Shown here: positions 41,066 through 49,994 of the stretch, in pieces | Layout of the letters: each line of letters opens with the position of its first letter | How positions within the stretch are numbered: the stretch's first letter is position 1 | Assembly: GCA_964385285.1 (NCBI GenBank) | Contig: CAYLOJ010000001.1 | Span: 24,537-88,536, forward strand | Direction: 5' to 3' | From: an uncultured Gammaproteobacteria bacterium | GTDB lineage: Bacteria; Patescibacteriota; Patescibacteriia; UBA9570 | Length of the DNA: 64,000 nt | Made by a program: the position numbers and the translations under genes | The notes under the pieces: model-generated | Told to the model about the DNA's origin: nothing | What the model saw: only the letters and a program-made list of their open reading frames with translations | The model's database searches: none

Positions 41066-44000
41066 ATGACTGGCACCTCTGCTACTAGAGAAAAAAAACG
41101 CGGCGGACTTATAGAAACTGCTCGACGTTTCAAATCTGAGGTTGATGCTTTGAAGCAGCGTGATTCTGCACTAAATAGTATTAGTGCCGCCATTAAGTTG
41201 TTTGATCTACGCGCGCGTGAACGCAACCAGCAACTGAATCCTGGTGAGGCAGAGGCACTACATCGACTTACGCTAGAGGCACAACGCTTGCGCGCCAGAA
41301 CTGAACGTAAGGTAGAGGCCGTGTTTGATGAGCGGAAGCGCTTTTGGCCAAACTCAGCTGTTGCAACGGAGGCGCATCCGGATCATCCAATGCGTAATGA
41401 GGACTCATTTATCAAAGATGATATTAACCAGCTGTATGCCGTGTTTGATGGCATGGGTGGATATGATGGTGGAGACAAGGCTTCTGCCACAGCTGCATTA
41501 GTGACCAAAACCGAACTTAGTGGATTACCGGAGGACATAGCACTGGCGGATTTAGTTGAGCGCGTTAAACAGGCTTTTGTGAAAGCAGGCGAAGCGGTAG
41601 ATTCTGCAGACTACAACCGAGGCAAAAGTGAAGACCAAAAGGCGGGCACTACCGGAGCGCTAGTTAAAATCCATGTCGATGAAAAGGGAAAGCGGACGGC
41701 GATCGTTGCTCACGCTGGCGATTCACGTGTTTATAAGCGTAAAAAAAATGGTGAGCTAGTCTGTTTGACACAGGATGATAATTTACTGCAACTCCTGAGT
41801 GCGCGTGGACTTCTTACAGACGCACGAGTGAATGAATTTAATCGAAAATTCGCCAACGTCACAGACCCCGCCACTGAATTAAGTGACGTAGTGCTATTTG
41901 AGGCAGTTGATTTAATGGACCCACGCAATGGACGTATTGCCTATACCGAAAAAGTGCTTTATCGACTTTGTTATGTAGTCACCAAGACGGTTAATGGTGA
42001 TGAGCCAACGATTACTACACATGAACTCGAAGAGGGCGAGAAGTTGCTGCTAACATCAGATGGCATCCATGATTTAGTACCAGATGCCAATATCGCCCAG
42101 CAGTTAGATGCTGCTCGGGATGCAGACGCTGCGGCCAGAGGCTTGGTGTCAGACTCTAAACGCGGTTTACGAGTTGGTCCGGGCGGTAAGCGTGATGACG
42201 ACCGCACGTCACTCCTAGTAGAGTGGGAAGATACCTTGCAAGATGAACAGGAAATTAGAACTATCGCTTATTTGGAAGCTGCGAAAAAGGGTCGTCTATT
42301 ACTGATCCCATTAACCTGGGTGGATCAGGCAGCGTTTGCTGAAGCTAGACGAACCGTAGCGGGCACGGCTGATGAAGCCGCTTTGAAACGTGCTTTTTTG
42401 ACCACTAGAGAAGCAGACGACCAACCAGATAAGCACGCGGGTCAGTGGATCAGTGCAGGCGCTGAAGATTGGGTGAAGGAAGGCGACATCGATACAAAAG
42501 CTGCAAATGTGGCTGCGATGCTGGAGAATGGTAACTTTGACGCCTTTAATGGGGACCCACGAGAAATTGAAGAGCTACGAAATTTGCTAACTGGACCTTT
42601 TTCTCGATCACGAAAAATAAGAGTAGTGGAATATGTAAAACGCAAACGTCGCTCTGGTGATGAGGTGGCCAGTAAGTTTATGGGCATTGATGCCGACTTA
42701 GACTCAGCTTTGTCTGCCATTCCAGGTGAGACTGAGTTACGAGCTGAATTTGCCGCTGAGACTCTAGCGATGGTGCGAAAAGGGTTTTTAGATAATTCAT
42801 TTAACTCTTTTAATCTTGCCATTGGCACAGATCAGCCGGAAAATCGCGCTACTGTTATTGGTGTCTTTCAGCAGCTGCAGATCGACGCGAGCGCAGCCGG
42901 CCAAGGTGATCGCCTGTACTATTGGATTGCCACATTATTAAATAGGCTGTCTGATCAGACGCGAAGCTGGTTAATTGAAGGATTGACTAGCATTGGTGGT
43001 CTCTGTGCTGAAGCGGCAAGTAAATATCACGAGGTTCAACTAAGTGAGCCCGAAGTGCGAAATATTCCAAATGCATTGGGGGGTAATATCGACATTAAGA
43101 ACCGCAAGTTTCTTTATGAACTCACTATTGCGGCACAGTTAATTGATGATGTGGAACGTGCAAAGGGGATTGCGTCATTAGATTATATTCAGTCGGAGGC
43201 AATATTAGGAGACCCCGCCACTTTTGGCGAGCTGGCAAAATTGGTTTTCCCAGAGGGAGCTGCTCCCACAGACGCTGAAATGACAGCTGCAGTAAAGGCA
43301 CTTGCAGATCGCATGCAACTTGATGAGAATACGGTAGCGCATGTTATCCAGGAACAACGTATAGCCTTTGCTGACCTAGCTGCACAGCGCGAACGCTCAG
43401 AACGTAGTTTAAAATTGCAGTTAGCCAAAGCGGCTGGATACCTTGGTGGTGGCTTAGGTTTAGCCTGGGCGACTGGTGGGCTCGGACTTCCCGTATTAGG
43501 AGTCACCGGTGCAATCGCCGCAGTTAGATTTGCAGATGCTATTGGTACCCACTCGTTTCGTAGCAGCAAGCAAGCACGTTACAGTGCTGAGCTCCAAAGC
43601 CAACTAACCAGCAGCAAGCAAGCCTTCACTGGATTGGCGACGGCCGAACAAGATTACGCTCATGCTACCGGGCGCTTTCAAGAGCTACTTGCCAATACCG
43701 CAGCAGCTTTGGCAAATGCTAAGGAAGCAACGGCCCGCATTTCAGTCGGAAGGACCTCCACTCACGATGATGGAGAGTATGTGCGGTCCTTAGTCTTTGA
43801 AGGTAACAAATCACCGCAAAAATACGCCCTGGAGCAGGCCACGAATGATTATTTGAGATCAAGTCCAGCGGACCCTGATTACCACGATAAATACCAAGCA
43901 CTGCTCAAGGCACAAGCAGAACTAAATACAGTGCTAGGACCAGAATTAGCAGCCGCTGAAGCTCAGGTGGCCATCCTGAACGTAGATATGATTGTGTCTG

Positions 44001-46261
44001 ATGAACGTGCACAAAGTACTGATCGTAGTATCCCGTGGACAGAACGAATGCCCAAACTAGCAGCTATGTTAGGCTATAGTGAGCAGGTTGGAGACAGGCT
44101 AGCATCCATTTCATTTTACACGGCGTTAGGTATTGCTAGCCGTGAATTTTTGCCTGTGCGTATTGCTGCCTCAGCGTATGCCGGTTCTCGGTTGGGTGAT
44201 CTAGCTGCTACATATTTGATTCACAGAAGCGACAAAGCAATTGCGAAGGAACGTAACCTTGAACCTGATAGGCGGTTAAATAAGCAACGGCTAGAAGAGA
44301 TTGCAGCGATCCTTGATCCGAACGTTCAGTATAGGGAATTGGCAAAGTTGAATGTAGGAGCATTGCGCGAACAACTAACTGAGCGTTTGAGACGACAAGC
44401 ACCCCGCAAATATGAGGAGCTGCGCGCGTTGATGGATCGCTATGACCAAATGGTTCTAGCTTGTGCGGCGAACCGAGGCATTAGGAATATTGTTGCAATG
44501 AATACACGGCGTTTAGAAGATGAGCGTTACAAACATACACATGAATTAAGAACTAAGAGTTTCGACAAGTGGATGCGTAGAGGATTTCAGGCTTTAGGAG
44601 CCCTTGCCGGTGTATCATTTGCGTTTGCGTTATCGTCTCTGGCGGTAGATACCAATGAACACCACAGCGATGCTGCGGGTCAACCAGCTGAGCCACCCAC
44701 ACCTGGTCAACCAGTCACTTCCGGAACAAATCCAGATGCAGGCACTCCGGCACCTTCAATTGACAATCATCCAGATACAACTCCAGCACCCGAAACTCCT
44801 TCCGCCCCACCCGCAGCTGAACTCCCTCCAGCTACACCACCGGCGCCCGCACTGGAACCTAATCCAACTCCTTCACCTGTCACTACTGAGCAATTAAGCC
44901 ACGTAGTACACAAAGGTGAGGGCTTAAGTCATGCTCTGCGTGGTCAGGATTCTGCTCGCACAATTCAGCATGAGTTAACTGATACCAAAGTAATGCTGAA
45001 TGGGCATGAAGTAAGCTTAAACGATACGGGTGTCCGTGAAGCTGGCACTGTCAGTGCGGTTATTCACGATGTTGGTGGCCATAAAACGATCGATTTGTAT
45101 GATGCGCATGATGGACATCAAATTACCGGCAGTGAGATGGATAAATATCTCTACATTCTTAATGATGGTACACATGGAACCGGAGATCACGTATCTGGAC
45201 ATGACATTTCCGTAGCCCATGGCGATGATGTAGGTGAAGGGTCGATACACGAGACAGCTAACCCAATTGAAGGCAAGGTAAGTGCAGATTCAGTGCCACC
45301 TGTAGAATCACTGTTTCGCAACCCATTGCCAACTGATACCGAGTCTGGCTACGTGCAGTCTGGATTACAAAACTATGTAGAGACGCATCCGGAGTGGTCC
45401 GCATTATCTCACCTATCACCTGAACAATTGACGCAACGTCCGGAGTTGAGCATTATTCGTGATCAACTGAAGCGTGAGTATCTGCAGCATCTGGGGTCTA
45501 CACCGACTGAGGCCGGTGATGGTGGTGCAGGCGGAGCAGTTGATTTGGCAGCCACAGAAGGATCCAAGTCAACCTCACTTGATGGGCTTGTAAATACAGA
45601 AAGTCATCGCTTAACAGAGGCGGGAGTGAGAGAGCTCGGGTTACAGGAGCATATCTCAGGCACCGGAGAGATCCAAGATTACAAGAGCTTTTCAAAGGAG
45701 GTACTTGCGTTATTACAGTCAGATCATCGCGATCGTATCACTGGACCAAATGGATTAGTCTTCGAGGATCGTGGAGGAGTGCTGTATGTTGACGTGGCCG
45801 GCGGAGCACAAGAACATTTCCCGCTGGATGAAAAACTGTATCACGAGTTAATGGTGGAATACAAAACGCATGTTGATAGTGCGTTGGACGGAAAATTTGA
45901 CAAGGAGTCATTCTATGATGTGTTGGATCGCGCTGAAACACACCATGCTCTCCGAACATTTGAACAGCCGGATTGGACCCTAAACTTTCTCAATGAAGGC
46001 AAAAGCTATGCCGCGTTTCAGGATGAAATTCGGCACATCATGGATATTCATGATACCAACCAATTTAGGACAGCAAACGGCCTAACGTTCATTCAAGAAG
46101 GCGATCAATTATTCGTGCGTGCCACCATCTCAAAATATGAGGTAACTGCTGACTTATATGTTGCATTGATGAAGCATTACGATAAACTGTTGATCAGCCC
46201 AGATTACCGAGGTGTCTTCGACGGCGAGCAGCTAGCTAAGGTAGTTGAAGATAGCAAATAA
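41066..46261 (+). CDS. Giant 1731-aa multidomain protein: PP2C/PPM Ser/Thr phosphatase, helical region, hydrophobic hairpins, Pro-rich linker, duplicated C-terminal domain
   Basis: PP2C motifs RNEDSF, VFDGMGG, GTT, AGDSRVY, LTQD, TSDGIHD, DDRT (about 41350-42225); Gly-rich hydrophobic segments; Pro/Thr linker; C-terminal repeat. Confidence 0.8.
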   Translation: MTGTSATREKKRGGLIETARRFKSEVDALKQRDSALNSISAAIKLFDLRARERNQQLNPGEAEALHRLTLEAQRLRARTERKVEAVFDERKRFWPNSAVATEAHPDHPMRNEDSFIKDDINQLYAVFDGMGGYDGGDKASATAALVTKTELSGLPEDIALADLVERVKQAFVKAGEAVDSADYNRGKSEDQKAGTTGALVKIHVDEKGKRTAIVAHAGDSRVYKRKKNGELVCLTQDDNLLQLLSARGLLTDARVNEFNRKFANVTDPATELSDVVLFEAVDLMDPRNGRIAYTEKVLYRLCYVVTKTVNGDEPTITTHELEEGEKLLLTSDGIHDLVPDANIAQQLDAARDADAAARGLVSDSKRGLRVGPGGKRDDDRTSLLVEWEDTLQDEQEIRTIAYLEAAKKGRLLLIPLTWVDQAAFAEARRTVAGTADEAALKRAFLTTREADDQPDKHAGQWISAGAEDWVKEGDIDTKAANVAAMLENGNFDAFNGDPREIEELRNLLTGPFSRSRKIRVVEYVKRKRRSGDEVASKFMGIDADLDSALSAIPGETELRAEFAAETLAMVRKGFLDNSFNSFNLAIGTDQPENRATVIGVFQQLQIDASAAGQGDRLYYWIATLLNRLSDQTRSWLIEGLTSIGGLCAEAASKYHEVQLSEPEVRNIPNALGGNIDIKNRKFLYELTIAAQLIDDVERAKGIASLDYIQSEAILGDPATFGELAKLVFPEGAAPTDAEMTAAVKALADRMQLDENTVAHVIQEQRIAFADLAAQRERSERSLKLQLAKAAGYLGGGLGLAWATGGLGLPVLGVTGAIAAVRFADAIGTHSFRSSKQARYSAELQSQLTSSKQAFTGLATAEQDYAHATGRFQELLANTAAALANAKEATARISVGRTSTHDDGEYVRSLVFEGNKSPQKYALEQATNDYLRSSPADPDYHDKYQALLKAQAELNTVLGPELAAAEAQVAILNVDMIVSDERAQSTDRSIPWTERMPKLAAMLGYSEQVGDRLASISFYTALGIASREFLPVRIAASAYAGSRLGDLAATYLIHRSDKAIAKERNLEPDRRLNKQRLEEIAAILDPNVQYRELAKLNVGALREQLTERLRRQAPRKYEELRALMDRYDQMVLACAANRGIRNIVAMNTRRLEDERYKHTHELRTKSFDKWMRRGFQALGALAGVSFAFALSSLAVDTNEHHSDAAGQPAEPPTPGQPVTSGTNPDAGTPAPSIDNHPDTTPAPETPSAPPAAELPPATPPAPALEPNPTPSPVTTEQLSHVVHKGEGLSHALRGQDSARTIQHELTDTKVMLNGHEVSLNDTGVREAGTVSAVIHDVGGHKTIDLYDAHDGHQITGSEMDKYLYILNDGTHGTGDHVSGHDISVAHGDDVGEGSIHETANPIEGKVSADSVPPVESLFRNPLPTDTESGYVQSGLQNYVETHPEWSALSHLSPEQLTQRPELSIIRDQLKREYLQHLGSTPTEAGDGGAGGAVDLAATEGSKSTSLDGLVNTESHRLTEAGVRELGLQEHISGTGEIQDYKSFSKEVLALLQSDHRDRITGPNGLVFEDRGGVLYVDVAGGAQEHFPLDEKLYHELMVEYKTHVDSALDGKFDKESFYDVLDRAETHHALRTFEQPDWTLNFLNEGKSYAAFQDEIRHIMDIHDTNQFRTANGLTFIQEGDQLFVRATISKYEVTADLYVALMKHYDKLLISPDYRGVFDGEQLAKVVEDSK

Positions 46262-46273
46262 CTTTGCTATTAT
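46245..46273 (+). promoter_or_regulatory. Promoter, leaderless spacing
   Basis: TTGAAG-N17-TATTAT with extended TG, 6 nt before ATG 46280. Confidence 0.55.
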
Positions 46274-46279
46274 TAGCCG

Positions 46280-46711
46280 ATGCCTGTTAGTCGATTTCTA
46301 ATGCTACTCGGAGTTTCTGGCGCTGCTAGCCTAGCGGCTTGGATTGTAGTACTCGTGTTTATTGACCCGACACAAACTGGATTCATTGGCATTGCACTGT
46401 TCTATGCTACATTGGCCTGTTGGATGTTCGCAGCCATTACGTTATTGGGTTTGCTGACACGTGTGCTCATGAGGCGCATGCAGCGGCAATCGATCATCGC
46501 TTTCCGACTAATGCTGCCAACACTGCGTCAGGCATTATGGAGCACATTAATTGTAGTAATCTCTTTAGTGCTTGCCGCGCATGAGCTGTTCTCCTGGTTT
46601 ACTGCTACATTGCTCGTTTTATTCTTTACTTTATTAGAAGGTTTTCTCTATAGTCTACAAAAAGATTCCTCAAATGACTCGTCCCATGAATCCATCACAA
46701 CTGCTCAGTAA
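46280..46711 (+). CDS. Hypothetical four-TM membrane protein
   Basis: Four hydrophobic helices; W..V..IDP, LRQA, LE motifs. Confidence 0.7.
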   Translation: MPVSRFLMLLGVSGAASLAAWIVVLVFIDPTQTGFIGIALFYATLACWMFAAITLLGLLTRVLMRRMQRQSIIAFRLMLPTLRQALWSTLIVVISLVLAAHELFSWFTATLLVLFFTLLEGFLYSLQKDSSNDSSHESITTAQ

Positions 46712-47702
46712 GTACCAACCTTTGATCGCTCAAGCCACAACGGTTGCGCAATTAGAAGAATTAAGCAAGCAGATCTTTCACAAAAAATCTGGTGAACTTG
46801 GTGTGCTGTTGCGCTCATTGAAGGAACTCTCCATCGAAGAGCGCAAACAACTAGGGGAGCAAGCCAACGCTGTGAAGGCGGAACTGCAACAAGCCTTAGA
46901 TGCCGCGCAGCAAAAATTAAGCGGCAGCACAGATGCCGTGATTGATACAACTCTGCCGGGTATTGCAGTTAAGCGCGGCCACATGCACCCCTTACGTTTA
47001 GTACAAGAGGAATTGGTGGACGTGTTCCGGTCCATGAGCTTTGCGGTATTTGAAGGAAACGAACGTGAGACGGAGGATTACTGCTTTGAATTTTTAAATA
47101 TTCCCGCGACACATCCGGCACGAGATTTGCAGGATACCTTTTATCTAAATTCAGATCGACCAGACAAAATGAAAGAGGTCATGCGCACTCATACCTCGAA
47201 CATGCAGGTGCGCATTATGCAGCAATTTAAACCGCCACTGCGTGTGGTAGTACCAGGACGCGTTTTTCGAAACGAGGCCATTGACGCATCTCATGAACAT
47301 ACGTTTTATCAAATGGAAGGGTTTGTGGTTGACCAAAATATTTCAATTGCTCAGTTAACCTACATGTTGCGGTTGGCCATGTCTAAGTTATTGAAAGCAG
47401 ACGTGAAGGTGCGGCTACGCCCGGGTTATTTCCCTTATGTCGAACCAGGATTTGAAGCGGATTGTTCTTGTACAAATTGCAGTGGTAAAGGGTGTGCCGT
47501 TTGTAAATATACCGGCTGGGTAGAGATGTTGGGTTGTGGAATGATTCATCCTAAAGTGTTTGCATCTGCCGGATATGAAGCAGGTAAATATACTGGGTTT
47601 GCTTTTGGTATTGGCCTGAACCGTTTAGCCATGTTGCGCTATGGTATTCGTGATATCCGCTACTTTATGCAAAACGATATCCGTTTTCTCAAACAGTTTT
47701 AA
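46686..47702 (+). CDS. pheS: Phenylalanine--tRNA ligase alpha
   Basis: GHMHP, HPARDLQDTFY, RTHTS, PGRVFR, YFPYVEP, GCGMIHP, GFAFG; start set at MNPS. Confidence 0.96.
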   Translation: MNPSQLLSKYQPLIAQATTVAQLEELSKQIFHKKSGELGVLLRSLKELSIEERKQLGEQANAVKAELQQALDAAQQKLSGSTDAVIDTTLPGIAVKRGHMHPLRLVQEELVDVFRSMSFAVFEGNERETEDYCFEFLNIPATHPARDLQDTFYLNSDRPDKMKEVMRTHTSNMQVRIMQQFKPPLRVVVPGRVFRNEAIDASHEHTFYQMEGFVVDQNISIAQLTYMLRLAMSKLLKADVKVRLRPGYFPYVEPGFEADCSCTNCSGKGCAVCKYTGWVEMLGCGMIHPKVFASAGYEAGKYTGFAFGIGLNRLAMLRYGIRDIRYFMQNDIRFLKQF

Positions 47703-47714
47703 ATCTGAACTCCT

Positions 47715-49955
47715 ATGAAATTATCCTACAATTGGTTAAAAGAATATGTCGATCTGCCTGCGGATGCCAAAGAAGTAGCGTCGTTGATTACCAAGCATGT
47801 CGCTGAGGTGGAGAAAATACATTCCCAAGCAGAGGCCTTAGAGAATGTTGTGCTTGGAAAAATCGTGGAAGTTAAAGCACATCCCAATGCTGACAAACTA
47901 CGCATCTGCAATGTGGAATTGGGCAACGTCACTCAACAGATTGTCTGTGGCGGCTCCAATCTAGCGGTTGATCAATACGTAGTGGTTGCCAAACCTGGCG
48001 CGCGTGTTCGCTGGCATGGTGAAGGGGATTTAGTAACCCTAGGTGAAACAAAGATCCGCGGTGAAGCCTCTTACGGTATGATCTGCGCGGCTGTGGAACT
48101 CGGGTTAGAGCAGCGCTTTCCAGCAGCTGGTGAACGTGAAATTATCGCCTTAACACAAACAAACCATGCGACAGGTACATCCATCGCTGAAGTATTGGGT
48201 TTGACGGATGTGATTATTGAAATCGATAATAAAACCCTAACCCATCGTCCTGATCTGTTTTGTCATATTGGGTTTGCTCGTGAGCTCAGTGTCGTACTAC
48301 AAACACCTCTAAAACTACCGGCTTTATTGCAAGCGGAAGGAGTAGATCGTCTACCCTACAGCATTCAGATGGAAGCACCAGAACATTGCCGCAGATATAT
48401 TGGCGTCGTGATGGATGGTGTGGTTATTAAAGCGTCGCCAGCCTGGTTGCAAGAACGTTTGTATGCGATTGGATTGCGTCCTATCAACAATGTTGTAGAC
48501 ATCACAAACTATGTAATGTATGAGTACGGTCAACCACTGCATGCCTTTGATTATGCGAAATTGTCTGGCCAAAAAGTAGTAGTACGTTTAGCTAAACCGA
48601 ATGAAACGATGCAGACACTTGATGGTATGGAACGTAAGCTGACAGATCAAGTGTTGGTGATTGCGGATGATACTAAACCTGAGGCGTTGGCTGGGATTAT
48701 GGGTGGATTGCAATCCGAAATTACCGATACTACAACACAGGTAGCGATTGAATCTGCCAATTTTAAACCGACAACCGTACGACTCGGTGCACAATCCTTA
48801 GCCATTCGCACTGATGGCAGTACGCGCCATGAAAAAAACTTACCGTTAGTCTTTCCAGAGCTGGGCATGTGGCGCACAGTACAACTGATGGAAGAGTTAG
48901 CTGAGGCTAAGGTGGCCTCCCAATTTATCGACATGCGCAATGCAGACCAACCACGTCCTGAGATTACACTAGAACTAGCCTACATTCAGCGTTTGATGGG
49001 CGTAAGCATTGAAGCTGCTGCCGTGGAGCGCACTTTGACTGCCTTGGGTTGCGAGGTGACATTTGCAGAGGATTGTTTTACGGTGTTACCACCAACTCAT
49101 CGCACGGATCTGCTCATTGCCGAAGAATTAATTGAGGAAATTGCCCGCGTGTATGGCTATACCGCCATCGAGCCACAGCCACTGGTAGCTACATTAGTAC
49201 CGCAGACCATCGAACAGACTTACGGATTAGGCAGCAAGTTAATGCATCGTGCTGTTGAAGCTGGGGCCTACGAGGTCTGTAATTATTCCTTCTACAGTTT
49301 AAATACAGCCAAGCGGTTTGGATTAGATGCTGCCAAGCACACCGCTATGCTGAACCCAATGAATCCAGATCAAGCGTTGTTGCGCCAAACCTTGCGACCA
49401 AATTTGGTGCTGACTGCTGAGCGAAACCTAGATCAAGGACAGCGTGATTTTGTGCTGGCTGAATATGGACACATCTATTTAAGTAACGAAGAACAAATCC
49501 ACTTCGGTGTGTTGTGTGCCGGATCGACTCCCGAGATTTACAGGCAAGCTAAGGGCTTTCAAATGGAATTAGGCTTAGAGAACGCAACCATTACTCTAGA
49601 TAAGGTAGGCAAGTGGTATACGGCAACCGTGGAGGCAAATTTGTCTGTATTAGCCAATCAACCAGAGACCGTACTTAAGGCTCAGCCCATTCCAGATTAT
49701 CCCGGGATTGAGCTGGATATTTCAGTCGCCTTTCCTCAGCCGGTAAAATGGGCGGAAATTAGTGCAGCTATTCTGAAAGCTGGAGCCCCATTATTGACGG
49801 CAGTGACCGTATTTGATCGCTATGAAAACGCTCTTGGCATTCGCATGACTCTACAAGCGGCAGACCGCACTTTGACTATGGACGAAGCTGAACAACTACG
49901 CCATACTGTTATTACTAGCCTGCAAACACAGTTTAATGCTGTGCATCGGCAATAA
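47715..49955 (+). CDS. pheT: Phenylalanine--tRNA ligase beta
   Basis: MKLSYNWLKEY, HPNADKL, RPINNVVDITNY, GQPLHAFD, RTDL..EELIEEIARVYGY. Confidence 0.95.
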   Translation: MKLSYNWLKEYVDLPADAKEVASLITKHVAEVEKIHSQAEALENVVLGKIVEVKAHPNADKLRICNVELGNVTQQIVCGGSNLAVDQYVVVAKPGARVRWHGEGDLVTLGETKIRGEASYGMICAAVELGLEQRFPAAGEREIIALTQTNHATGTSIAEVLGLTDVIIEIDNKTLTHRPDLFCHIGFARELSVVLQTPLKLPALLQAEGVDRLPYSIQMEAPEHCRRYIGVVMDGVVIKASPAWLQERLYAIGLRPINNVVDITNYVMYEYGQPLHAFDYAKLSGQKVVVRLAKPNETMQTLDGMERKLTDQVLVIADDTKPEALAGIMGGLQSEITDTTTQVAIESANFKPTTVRLGAQSLAIRTDGSTRHEKNLPLVFPELGMWRTVQLMEELAEAKVASQFIDMRNADQPRPEITLELAYIQRLMGVSIEAAAVERTLTALGCEVTFAEDCFTVLPPTHRTDLLIAEELIEEIARVYGYTAIEPQPLVATLVPQTIEQTYGLGSKLMHRAVEAGAYEVCNYSFYSLNTAKRFGLDAAKHTAMLNPMNPDQALLRQTLRPNLVLTAERNLDQGQRDFVLAEYGHIYLSNEEQIHFGVLCAGSTPEIYRQAKGFQMELGLENATITLDKVGKWYTATVEANLSVLANQPETVLKAQPIPDYPGIELDISVAFPQPVKWAEISAAILKAGAPLLTAVTVFDRYENALGIRMTLQAADRTLTMDEAEQLRHTVITSLQTQFNAVHRQ

Positions 49956-49994
49956 GATCAGACAATAATTCTTTGGACACTAAACCTCTCATTT

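Noticed and set aside
44670-44885. Pro-rich stretch as a DNA tandem repeat
   Set aside because: Low complexity at protein level only; no exact nucleotide repeat unit is visible.
41041-45959. Numerous 60-130 aa antisense or out-of-frame ORFs inside the giant gene, and similar ones within atp, pheT and gyrB
   Set aside because: Fully nested in well-supported genes, with no recognisable motifs; typical shadow ORFs.
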